A DNA stretch of 32,000 nt from Cereibacter sphaeroides 2.4.1 (lineage in GTDB: Bacteria; Pseudomonadota; Alphaproteobacteria; Rhodobacterales; Rhodobacteraceae), in the NCBI RefSeq assembly GCF_000012905.2, contig NC_007494.2:911019-943018 (forward strand). Reading direction: 5' to 3'. A program made the position numbers and the translations under genes. Shown piece by piece: positions 6,839 through 14,142 of the stretch; within the stretch, counting starts at the first letter, position 1, and every line of letters starts with the position of its first letter. Below the pieces are notes generated by a model. That model made no database searches and was not told the origin of the DNA. It was given only the letters and a program-made list of their open reading frames with translations.

Positions 6839-7825
6839 ATGGACGAGAACACCGCGAAGAACGTGCTCGAGACGGCGCTGGACGAGGTGCTGCCGAAGAT
6901 GGCGCAGCCGGTCGAGATCCTGAACCACCTGCCGGGTGCTGCGCCCGCCGCCTCGCACTACGCCATCCCCGACGACATGCGCCACGTCGATCTGACGGAG
7001 GCGGTCGACCGGCTGGCGACGAAGCTCCAGCCGTGGCGCCGCGCGGGCACGGCGAAGCTGCAGGATCTGGCCAGCCTCATCGCCTGGGCGAACCGGCACA
7101 AGGGCGAGACCTCGGCCCTCTTCGCCGACATCGGCGCGGCGCCGAGCCTCACCTGCATCGCCGATTACATGGGTGCGGGCGCGCCGGTCATGGATCACGA
7201 GACCCGCGATCCGAAGGCCAGCCATTGCCGGCACCGGGCGCTCTATACCTTCCCGATGTCGAAGGAATGGAAGCTCTGGACCGGCGTCAACAACAAGGCG
7301 CTCGACAAGGCCGAGTTCGGCGAGTTCATCGAGGCCAACGCGAAGGATCTGCTCGACCCGACGCCGAACCTCCTGAACGGCCATATCGGCGCGGCAAATG
7401 TCGAGCCGTGGGAGGTCCGCATGATCGAGGTCGCACGCCAGCTGAACGGGCGCTTCGGCCAGTATCAGACGCTGGTGCAGCTCTCGCGCAGCTTCCAGGT
7501 GCACGAGGTCAGCAACCTGACCGCCACCCTGAACCGCGACACGGGCGAGACCTCGATCCAGTTCATCAACGAGCATCGCGAGCCGGACGGCCAGCCGCTG
7601 AAGATCCCGAACCTGTTCATGATCGCGATCCCGATCTTCGACCGCGGCGCGGCCTATCGCATCCCAGTCCGCTTCCGCTACCGCAAGGCGGGGTCCGAGG
7701 TGAAGTTCATCCTCTCGCTCCACAACGCGGAGATCGCCCTCGAAGACGCCATCGAGGAGGCGCTCCACGAGGCGACGGAGGCCACCGGCCTGCCGCTGTT
7801 CCGCGGCGAGCCCGAGAGGGCCTGA
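6839..7825 (+). CDS. DUF2303 (YfdQ-like) phage protein, 328 aa
   Basis: Full ORF. LASLIAWANRHKGETSALFAD...ADYMG...HCRHRALYTFPMSKEWKLW...KAEFGEFIEANAKDL matches my recollection of the DUF2303 pattern. Confidence 0.8.
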   Translation: MDENTAKNVLETALDEVLPKMAQPVEILNHLPGAAPAASHYAIPDDMRHVDLTEAVDRLATKLQPWRRAGTAKLQDLASLIAWANRHKGETSALFADIGAAPSLTCIADYMGAGAPVMDHETRDPKASHCRHRALYTFPMSKEWKLWTGVNNKALDKAEFGEFIEANAKDLLDPTPNLLNGHIGAANVEPWEVRMIEVARQLNGRFGQYQTLVQLSRSFQVHEVSNLTATLNRDTGETSIQFINEHREPDGQPLKIPNLFMIAIPIFDRGAAYRIPVRFRYRKAGSEVKFILSLHNAEIALEDAIEEALHEATEATGLPLFRGEPERA

Positions 7826-7872
7826 CGCGACCCCGGCGCGGCGGGCAATCCGCGCACCCTCCCGTTGCAACT

Positions 7873-7892
7873 CCCCGGCCTGCGGGCCGGGG
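7873..7892 (+). terminator. GC hairpin after the DUF2303 gene (possible attenuator or terminator)
   Basis: CCCCGGCC-TGCG-GGCCGGGG followed by CCTCTTCCTCC. The tail is pyrimidine-rich rather than a clean U tract. Confidence 0.35.
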
Positions 7893-7921
7893 CCTCTTCC
7901 TCCGAGGATACAGGAGCCCCC

Positions 7922-8074
7922 ATGACCCTCATCCCCGCCACCGATCTCCTCCTGCACCAGCTCCACCAGGAGATCGTCCGCCAAGCCCGCCGCCCGCACT
8001 GCCGCTGCCTCGGCGCCGACGATGACTGCGCCTGCCATGGCGCCAGACCGGGGGCCGGCCATGAGCGCGGGTGA
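7922..8074 (+). CDS. Small Cys-rich phage protein, 50 aa
   Basis: ATG at 7922 lies 6 nt after AGGAG. High GC3. Contains a CRC...CAC cysteine cluster. Confidence 0.5.
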   Translation: MTLIPATDLLLHQLHQEIVRQARRPHCRCLGADDDCACHGARPGAGHERG

Positions 8075-8270
8075 GATGACGAAGGAGCAATTCGTCGAGG
8101 CCTTCGTGGCGCGGTGTGTCTCGGTCGCCGGCCCGACCTTCGACGATGGCTCATCCATCGCCGATTACGCCCGCGAGGTGGCGCCCAGCTACTGGGCCGA
8201 TGACCACCAGCGCGAGGATGGCCCGGAAGCCTGTGCCGACGCCGACATGTCGTATTGGGGCGAGGACTGA
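8061..8270 (+). CDS. Small acidic phage protein, 69 aa (start uncertain: 8022, 8037, 8061 or 8076)
   Basis: ORF 8022..8270. The downstream part has clear protein-like composition (KEQFVEAFVARCVSVAGPTFDDGSSIADYAREVAPSYWADD). Several in-frame ATGs overlap the previous gene. Confidence 0.5.
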   Translation: MSAGEMTKEQFVEAFVARCVSVAGPTFDDGSSIADYAREVAPSYWADDHQREDGPEACADADMSYWGED

Positions 8271-8272
8271 GC

Positions 8273-8476
8273 ATGCTCGATCATGACCAGATCGACACCT
8301 TCGCGCGCGACGAGATCCTCTCCGCGTGGTCCGACGCCATCGCCGCCGTGTCCCCGCATCTGCCGGGCGGCCAGCCCATGCCCCTTGACCGGATCGGCAT
8401 CGCCCGGCGGATCGCACAGCGTCTCGGCTGTACGACCGGGCGCGTGTTCGAGGTGGTGGGGGCAGAGCATGGCTGA
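8273..8476 (+). CDS. Small phage protein with an HTH-like segment, 67 aa
   Basis: ATG at 8273 lies 3 nt after the preceding stop. The HTH-like segment is IGIARRIAQRLGCTTGRVFEVV. It overlaps the next gene by 8 nt. Confidence 0.55.
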   Translation: MLDHDQIDTFARDEILSAWSDAIAAVSPHLPGGQPMPLDRIGIARRIAQRLGCTTGRVFEVVGAEHG

Positions 8477-9578
8477 GACCAGCACCATCGAATGGACCGA
8501 CGCGACATGGAACCCGATCACGGGCTGCACGCTCGCTTCGCCCGGCTGCCAGTTCTGCTATGCGGCCGATCTCGCGGCAACGCGCCTGTCCCAGCACCCG
8601 AGCCGTGCGGGGCTGGCCCGGCGCAACGCGGCCGGAGTCGCCGCCTGGACGGGCGAGGTCCGCCTCAATGAGCAATGGCTCGAGCAGCCGCTGCGCTGGA
8701 AGCGCCCGCGCAGGATCTTCGTCTGCGCCCATGCCGACCTGTTCCACGAAGCGGTGCCGGACGAGTGGATCGACCGGGTGTTCGCGGTCATGGCGCTGGC
8801 CCCGCAGCACACGTTTCAGGTGCTGACCAAGCGGGCGGCGCGGATGCGGGGGTATGTATCGAAGCTCGACATCTACGCTCTGGAGGAGGCCGACGAGTGG
8901 CGGGACGCTGACCATCGCGTGGCGTGTGACGACGATCCGAACGGCAGCCCGGCATGGCATGCGCAGACCGCAGCGCTCGAGGACGCTCTTTCCGCTGCGC
9001 GCACCTGCCTCGAGGCAGGAAAGCCCCTTCCAAACGTCTGGCTTGGCGTCTCGGCCGAGGATCAGCAGCGGGCGGATGAGCGGATCCCGGACCTGCTCGC
9101 TACGTCCGCAGCGGTGCGGTTCGGGAGTTTCGAACCGCTGCTCGGGCCGATGGATGTGGCATGGGCGCTGGGACACCCCTTCGGCATCGCTGCCGGGTTC
9201 TTGCAGCGCGGTCATTTCAGCCCGGGCGCAGAAAAGCTGCGCGGCCTCGACTGGATCATCGTCGGGGGGGAGAGCGGGCGCCACGCGCGGCCGATGCATC
9301 CGGCTTGGGCACGTTCCCTACGGGATCAGGCGCAGGCCGCGGGCGTGCCGTTCCTGTTCAAGCAGTGGGGGGAGTGGGCGCGGGCAGACAAGCTGCTCCC
9401 CGGACATCCGGGCGACGTGACCTATTGGCCGGACGGCTCGATCGGCGCCGGAAACGCGAACGACAATGGCGGCCCGGGCTGGTCGCTTCGGCGTGTTGGC
9501 AAGCGGGCCGCCGGCCGCCGCCTCGACGGCCGCACTTGGGACGAGATGCCGGAGCTGGCGCATGCCCATCTGTCCTGA
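8469..9578 (+). CDS. Phage Gp37/Gp68 family protein (DUF5131), 369 aa
   Basis: Start at MAETSTIEWTDATWNPITGC (ATG 8469). The family signature IEWTD.TWNP.TGC..SPGC..CYA, with its three-Cys motif, is present. Later motifs are FV.S..DLFH, VLTKR, WLGVS.E and DWIIVGGESG...RPMHP.W...L.DQ...GVPFLFKQWGEW. Confidence 0.9.
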   Translation: MAETSTIEWTDATWNPITGCTLASPGCQFCYAADLAATRLSQHPSRAGLARRNAAGVAAWTGEVRLNEQWLEQPLRWKRPRRIFVCAHADLFHEAVPDEWIDRVFAVMALAPQHTFQVLTKRAARMRGYVSKLDIYALEEADEWRDADHRVACDDDPNGSPAWHAQTAALEDALSAARTCLEAGKPLPNVWLGVSAEDQQRADERIPDLLATSAAVRFGSFEPLLGPMDVAWALGHPFGIAAGFLQRGHFSPGAEKLRGLDWIIVGGESGRHARPMHPAWARSLRDQAQAAGVPFLFKQWGEWARADKLLPGHPGDVTYWPDGSIGAGNANDNGGPGWSLRRVGKRAAGRRLDGRTWDEMPELAHAHLS

Positions 9579-9822
9579 CCGGCCGCGCCCCTTCACCTGC
9601 GCGATCTGCGGACAGCACCGCGACTACCGCTGGCCGGGACCGGTGCAGACGTGGCCGGTGGAACCGGTCTGCCGCTGGTGCGAGCAGACCTTCGGGTCCG
9701 TCGTTCCCGCGCCCGGGACTTTCCGGGACCGGCGGCTTCTCTCTGTGTTCTCCGCGCTCGCGGAGGCCCTGCACACCGAGGCGGCCCACCAGCACTACAG
9801 GAGGCACTATGGAACCGCGTGA
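9562..9822 (+). CDS. Small zinc-ribbon-like phage protein, 86 aa
   Basis: ATG at 9562 overlaps the end of the Gp37/Gp68 gene. Two CxxC pairs are present (CAIC and CRWC). Confidence 0.55.
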   Translation: MPICPDRPRPFTCAICGQHRDYRWPGPVQTWPVEPVCRWCEQTFGSVVPAPGTFRDRRLLSVFSALAEALHTEAAHQHYRRHYGTA

Positions 9823-10063
9823 TTACGCCTCGACCCCCGTAGCCGACAGCCTCGGGTTGCATGGCATGATCTCCGGCCTTGCCGAGGATCTGCGCGACAT
9901 GCGTGCGGGCAAGATCAGCCCGGCCGATGGGCTCGCCCGCGCCGCCGTGGCGAAGCAGATCTTCAACGGGGTCCGCCTCTATCTGACGGCGGTGAAGACG
10001 CTCGAGGCTCCGGCACGGGGCCGGCAGGAGCCCCAAGTGATCGAGGGGCACGCCAATGGCTGA
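9809..10063 (+). CDS. Small phage protein, 84 aa
   Basis: ATG at 9809 follows CAGGAGG. It overlaps its neighbours on both sides (14 nt and 8 nt). Confidence 0.6.
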   Translation: MEPRDYASTPVADSLGLHGMISGLAEDLRDMRAGKISPADGLARAAVAKQIFNGVRLYLTAVKTLEAPARGRQEPQVIEGHANG

Positions 10064-10520
10064 GAACAGCACCCGGCAGGGACGGAGGACGGACGTGCCC
10101 GCTGCGAGCGCAGGGACGGCTCCCCCTGCGACCGGGTTCGCGCAGGATACAGGCGCGGTTGCAGGCGGCAAGCCACGGCGGATCCAGCTTTCCCGCGCGA
10201 AAGGATGGCGGATGCCGCCCGGCGCCGTGAAGGTTGATCGCTCGACCAAGTGGGGCAACCCGTTTGTGGTCAACCACCCGGGCGGCGCGCTGGAAAAGCC
10301 GATGGACCCGGCGCTTGCCGTCCAGTCGTTTCGGATGCTGCTCGAGAAGGAAGGCTGCTGGTCACCAGTTCCCTTGCCGTGGCCGAAGGGGAAGATCCCG
10401 GCGCAATGGACCACCGTTGAGGATGTGATCCGCGAACTGCGCGGCAAAGACCTCGCCTGCTGGTGCCAGCCCGGTGCGCCCTGTCATGCCGACGTGCTGC
10501 TGGAGATCGCCAATGGCTGA
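10056..10520 (+). CDS. DUF4326 domain protein, 154 aa
   Basis: Full ORF. KVDRSTKWGNPF... and the C-terminal LACWCQPGAPCHADVLLEIA match my recollection of the DUF4326 signature (WGNPF, C-W-C...CH-D/A-vL). Confidence 0.8.
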   Translation: MAENSTRQGRRTDVPAASAGTAPPATGFAQDTGAVAGGKPRRIQLSRAKGWRMPPGAVKVDRSTKWGNPFVVNHPGGALEKPMDPALAVQSFRMLLEKEGCWSPVPLPWPKGKIPAQWTTVEDVIRELRGKDLACWCQPGAPCHADVLLEIANG

Positions 10521-10825
10521 TCCTTGGGTAATTTGTCCGGCTTTTGATTCAATCGAAAGTGGTAGCGTTTACTTAACCAATATTGGTGCATACATGCACT
10601 ATCGAGCAAATAAACTCATCAACTTACTGAACATCCCACTCGCCCCCGCAGGATCGGCAGCACCCGCCTGCGCTACTAGCCTGTGCTTGCGCCCAAGGGC
10701 GCGAGGGGTCATCCGCGCCGGACATGCAAGACCTGTAGGTCGTCCGGCCCCCAGGCATAGCAGCCTCCCCACATCTGCGGGCAACGTGTCGCCTGCCGCC
10801 TTGCGGTACCTGCCGGAGGTGCAGC

Positions 10826-11542
10826 ATGGCTAAGCCCCTGCGCATCCTGATCGGCTGCGAGACCTCGGGCGTGATGCGCCGGGCCTTTGTCGCCCGCGGG
10901 CATGACGTGTGGTCCTGCGACCTCCTGCCGGCCGAGGATCGGTCGAACCGCCATATCGTGGGCGACGTTCGGGACCATCTGTCAGACGGCTGGGACCTGC
11001 TGATCGTGGCGCACCCGCCCTGCACGCGGCTCTGCAACAGCGGCGTCCGGTGGCTGCACGAGCCCTCGAAGCGCCTGCCCGAGACCTATGCGGCGGCGGA
11101 GCGCGAGGCTTTCGCCCGGATGGGTCGCAAGGAGCGGCTGGCCTTCCTGTGGGCCGACCTCGACCGCGGCGCGGCGCTGTTTGCGGCCTGCTGGCAGGCG
11201 CCGGTGCCGCGCGTGGCGGTCGAAAACCCGGTAATGAACCCGCACGCGCGAGCTCGTCTGCCGGCAGATCTGCCGCGGCCGCAGACGGTGCAGCCCTGGT
11301 GGTTCGGCGAGCCCTTCTTCAAGGCGACGAGCTTTTATCTGCGCGGCCTGCCGCGGCTCGCCGCCACCGACCGGCTGACGCCGCCCCGGCCCGGCACGCC
11401 CGAGCACAAGCGCTGGTCGGCCGTCCACCGCGCGCCGCCGGGGCCCGGCCGCTGGAAATTCCGCAGCCGCACCTTCGAGGGCGTGGCCGAGGCCTGCGCC
11501 GATCAGTGGAGCGGATGGGCCGCAGAGGAGGCCGTGGCGTGA
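10826..11542 (+). CDS. Compact cytosine-C5 methyltransferase-like protein lacking a target-recognition domain, 238 aa
   Basis: Full ORF with GGAGG upstream. The motifs occur in C5-MTase order: ILIGCETSG, WSCDL, GDVRD, AHPPCTRL (Pro-Cys66), VENPV (Glu133) and C-terminal RSRTFEGVAEACADQW. The protein is too short for a TRD and the FxGxG loop is altered. Confidence 0.6.
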   Translation: MAKPLRILIGCETSGVMRRAFVARGHDVWSCDLLPAEDRSNRHIVGDVRDHLSDGWDLLIVAHPPCTRLCNSGVRWLHEPSKRLPETYAAAEREAFARMGRKERLAFLWADLDRGAALFAACWQAPVPRVAVENPVMNPHARARLPADLPRPQTVQPWWFGEPFFKATSFYLRGLPRLAATDRLTPPRPGTPEHKRWSAVHRAPPGPGRWKFRSRTFEGVAEACADQWSGWAAEEAVA

Positions 11543-11630
11543 TCCTACCGTGGGATCGGTCCGTGGCCGCTGGAGCTGTCGAGATCACGATGAGGGACAT
11601 GGCGCGGATGCGCCGGGAAAGGAGGCAGGC

Positions 11631-11909
11631 ATGAGCGACACGAGGCCTTTCACCCCTGACATGCTGGCGGACCGCTGGGGCTGCTCGGCCGAGACCGTGC
11701 GCCAGCTGGTCAAGTCCGGCCGCTTGTCCGGGTTCAGGGTGGGACGCATGATCCGAATCCCAGCACGATCAGTGGAGGACTACGAATGCGCGAGTATCGG
11801 ATCGGCCGCCTCAACGGGCGGTTCGTCGTCTCATGGTGGGAGGATGGAGCCCGAAGGCGCTATCGTCTTGACGCACGCACGCGAGCGGAAGCCGAGGTCG
11901 AGGCGCTAG
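11631..11909 (+). CDS. xis: Excisionase/AlpA-type HTH protein, 92 aa as encoded
   Basis: ATG at 11631 follows AAAGGAGG. LADRWGCSAETVRQLVKSGRLSGFRVGRMIRIPARSVEDY is the excisionase-family winged-helix pattern. The frame has no stop until 11909, which is 124 nt inside int. Confidence 0.75.
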   Translation: MSDTRPFTPDMLADRWGCSAETVRQLVKSGRLSGFRVGRMIRIPARSVEDYECASIGSAASTGGSSSHGGRMEPEGAIVLTHARERKPRSRR

Positions 11910-12784
11910 ACCGGATCCGCAGGGAGACCCTGCCCTCCGGGGCGACGACCGTCCGAGACCTGTGGGCGGCCTATCTTGCCGATCGCAAGGGCCGCCCGGT
12001 CGAGCGCAACATGCGGTCCAGCGGCAACGCGGTCCTGCCGCATTTCGGCGCGCTGCGGCCCGATCAGATCACGCCGGAAGCCTGCCGGAGCTACACCAAG
12101 GCACGGCGCAAGACGGTCTCCGTCGGCACCGTCTGGACGGAGCTCGGCCACCTGAGGACATGCCTGCTCTGGGCGGCCAAGCGCGGCCTGATCCAGGTGG
12201 CGCCGCACATCGAGAGGCCAGCCAAGCCGGCGCCGCGCGACCGCTATCTGACGCACGCCGAGGTTTCGAGGCTGATGGAGGCCGAGTGCGAGCCCCACAT
12301 CAAGCTGGCGATCACCGTCCTGCTGACGACGGCGGCTCGCGTCGGTGCGGTGCTGGAGCTGACATGGGATCGGGTTGACCTCGAGCGTGGGCAGATCCGG
12401 CTGCGGGTGGAAGCCGAGGGGCCGCGGAAAGGCCGGGCGACGGTGCCGATCAACAACACACTCCGCGCCGCGCTGACATCCGCCCGCGCGGCCGCGCTGT
12501 CTGATCATGTGATCGAGTGGGCGGGCGGGCCGGTCAAGTGCATCCGCAAGGGCTTCCTGCGGGCGGTTTCCAATGCCGGCCTGTTGGACGTGACGCTGCA
12601 CACCTTGCGCCACACGGCCGCGGTCCACATGGCCGAGGCCGGCGTGCCCATGGACGAGATCAGCCAATATCTCGGCCACTCGAACGTGCAGATCACCTCC
12701 AGCGTCTATGCGCGATTCTCTCCGCAGCATCTACGGAAGGCCGCGGATGCGCTGGAATTCGGGGCTCTGCGGGTCGTGAAATGA
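11786..12784 (+). CDS. int: Tyrosine recombinase / phage integrase, 332 aa
   Basis: Full ORF. The catalytic-domain pattern is present: TAARVGAVLELTWDRVD, HTLRHTAAVHMAEAG and LGHSNVQITSSVYARF (R...HxxR...H...Y). It lies adjacent to the tRNA 3-prime end. Confidence 0.95.
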   Translation: MREYRIGRLNGRFVVSWWEDGARRRYRLDARTRAEAEVEALDRIRRETLPSGATTVRDLWAAYLADRKGRPVERNMRSSGNAVLPHFGALRPDQITPEACRSYTKARRKTVSVGTVWTELGHLRTCLLWAAKRGLIQVAPHIERPAKPAPRDRYLTHAEVSRLMEAECEPHIKLAITVLLTTAARVGAVLELTWDRVDLERGQIRLRVEAEGPRKGRATVPINNTLRAALTSARAAALSDHVIEWAGGPVKCIRKGFLRAVSNAGLLDVTLHTLRHTAAVHMAEAGVPMDEISQYLGHSNVQITSSVYARFSPQHLRKAADALEFGALRVVK

Positions 12785-12847
12785 CCGCGCGTAGGTTCAA
12801 TGAACCCGAGCGCGTCTCGCACTTCCAGAAAAAACCGTGTGTTTTCA

Positions 12848-12923
12848 TGGTGGGTGGTGAGGGGCTCGAACCCCCGACATCCTCGGTGTAAACGAGACGC
12901 TCTACCAACTGAGCTAACCACCC
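12848..12923 (-). tRNA. tRNA-Val: tRNA-Val (anticodon TAC), 76 nt with encoded CCA
   Basis: Folded by hand on the minus strand as GGGTGGT-TA-GCTC-AGTTGGTA-GAGC-G-TCTCG-TTTACAC-CGAGG-ATGTC-GGGGG-TTCGAGC-CCCTC-ACCACCC-A-CCA. All four stems pair (one G-U in each of two stems). The T-loop is TTCGAGC. Confidence 0.95.
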
Positions 12924-13219
12924 ATCGCCTGCCCTCTACCCCAGCCGGAGGCCGGTCTGCAAGCGGGCAACGCCCGATCGCAGCCCGAAGGTCCCGATTC
13001 GCGGTGTGGGGAGAACGCGCACCAGACACCGACACTCCCGACGAGGAGCAGGGGGTGGCACGATCATTCCCCGATCCAGCGGCGGACGACGCAGCGCAGG
13101 TGAGGTGACCGCGCGGGGTGGCGCTGCGGAAGCCAGATCGAGGCGCCATGACGATGGAGCAACGCTCCCTCCACGCCGTGACCGGGCTTGCGATAGTGCC
13201 CGCCGATCCCATCGCCCGT

Positions 13220-13248
13220 CGGCCTGAGGCCCGGCTTATCTCAGGCCG
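13220..13248 (-). terminator. Hairpin downstream of the BKACE gene (possible terminator)
   Basis: CGGCCTGAG - 11-nt loop - CTCAGGCCG, about 60 nt after the stop at 13308. There is no U tract. Confidence 0.3.
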
Positions 13249-13307
13249 GGGAGATCTCGAGCGCCTTCAGCCGCTCCCGGCCCTCATCGCGACGGCCAGC
13301 CTGCGCG

Positions 13308-14102
13308 CTACACCGGTGTGCCGGCCCCCTGCCCCGCGGCTTCGAGCGCCGCCACGAGTTCGGCCACGCGCGCGGCATTGTCGGCGGCGGGCGTCCCGTC
13401 GGCCTGCAGGAGGTTGTTCTCGAAGCCGATCCGCATCTTGCCACCTTTCCGGCTCGCGGCCACGAGGCACTCCGTCTCGTGCGGGCCGAAGGCGCAGATG
13501 GCCCAGTCCGCCTCGGGCAGCAGGTCGCGCAGGCGCTGGACCGGCGCCTCCAGATCCTCGGGAGCCGAGCGCTGGCCCGCCGTGTAGCGGCCGAGCACGA
13601 TCAGCACCGCAAGACGGGCCTCCGGCACGGTGCCATCGGCCACGGCGGCCGCGAGGCCGGCCACGTCGGTAAGGTCGTAGAGGATGTGCTGGACGTGGCA
13701 GCCGGCCTCGGCGCAGAAGGCGAAGAAGCGGCGCGTCAGGCGCGGATCGGGCTCGGCCGAGATCTCGCGGAAGGCGATCGAGACCGAGGCCGGGCGCAGC
13801 CGCTCGACCAGCGCCCGCTGCTCGGCCGGCGTGTAGCGCCCCACCGCCTCGGTCGTGACCTGAACCGGAAAGCCCGGCGCTGCGCGGTCGAGCTCTGCCA
13901 GAAGCTCGGCATAGAGGCCCGCATCGAGCACATGCCGCCCCTCGGCATCGCGGACATGGGCGTGAAGCCCGTCCGCCCCCGCCGCCCGTCCGGCGCGGGC
14001 CGCCGCGACGATCTCGGGGATCGTCACCGGCAGGGCGGGATGATCGGCCTTGGTGAGCCGCGCGCCGGTCGGCGCCAGCATGATCCGGGGCAGCACCGCC
14101 AT
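13308..14102 (-). CDS. BKACE family enzyme (3-keto-5-aminohexanoate cleavage enzyme-like, DUF849), 264 aa
   Basis: Start at MAVLPRIMLAPTGAR (ATG 14100-14102). PTGAR..K.DHPALP.T..EI, the GADGLHAHVRD metal motif and MRIGFENN near the C-terminus match my recollection of the DUF849/BKACE pattern. Confidence 0.85.
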   Translation of the reverse strand: MAVLPRIMLAPTGARLTKADHPALPVTIPEIVAAARAGRAAGADGLHAHVRDAEGRHVLDAGLYAELLAELDRAAPGFPVQVTTEAVGRYTPAEQRALVERLRPASVSIAFREISAEPDPRLTRRFFAFCAEAGCHVQHILYDLTDVAGLAAAVADGTVPEARLAVLIVLGRYTAGQRSAPEDLEAPVQRLRDLLPEADWAICAFGPHETECLVAASRKGGKMRIGFENNLLQADGTPAADNAARVAELVAALEAAGQGAGTPV

Positions 14103-14142
14103 CAGCCGCGCCGCCCTGAGACCGGCGCCCCGTCGCGCCCGC

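Larger units (their letters stand above)
1..12847. mobile_element. Partial lambdoid prophage (replication, immunity, early and integration modules); left boundary outside the window, right boundary at or inside tRNA-Val
   Basis: Uninterrupted block of phage-family genes: CI/S24 repressor, Cro-like, DUF1376, DnaA-C-like HTH, DUF1937, DUF2303, Gp37/Gp68, DUF4326, excisionase and tyrosine integrase. The integrase stop lies 63 bp from the 3-prime end of a tRNA gene. Confidence 0.85.

Noticed and set aside
6419-8158. Long antisense ORFs listed in the track (6419..8158, 14050..15555, 15443..16696, 16608..19649, 20806..22227, 22001..25231, 23134..25560, 28022..29578, 29994..31844)
   Set aside because: Each lies opposite a gene with a clear family assignment. 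Their translations are dominated by R, G, D, E, L, P and A, and they lack GC3 bias. These are the usual stop-codon-poor shadow frames of high-GC DNA, not overlapping genes.
10513-10833. 106-codon ORF spanning the AT-rich island (MADPWVICPAFDSIESGSVYLTNIGAYMHYRANKLINLL...)
   Set aside because: Only the first third or so looks protein-like. The rest is R/P/A-rich with unbiased third positions, and there is no Shine-Dalgarno sequence. It is mentioned in the AT-rich island finding (10521-10825) but not called as a gene.
11589-11633. 14-codon upstream ORF (MRDMARMRRERRQA) ending in ATGA with the xis start
   Set aside because: It is too short and too low in complexity to support as a gene. The Arg codons largely reflect the AAAGGAGG ribosome-binding site of xis.
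12706-13212. ORFs 12706..13212(-), 12800..13108(+) and 13118..13672(+) in the tRNA / BKACE gap
   Set aside because: They overlap the tRNA gene or the BKACE gene, have R/A/P-rich composition, and have no ribosome-binding site. They are treated as non-coding.
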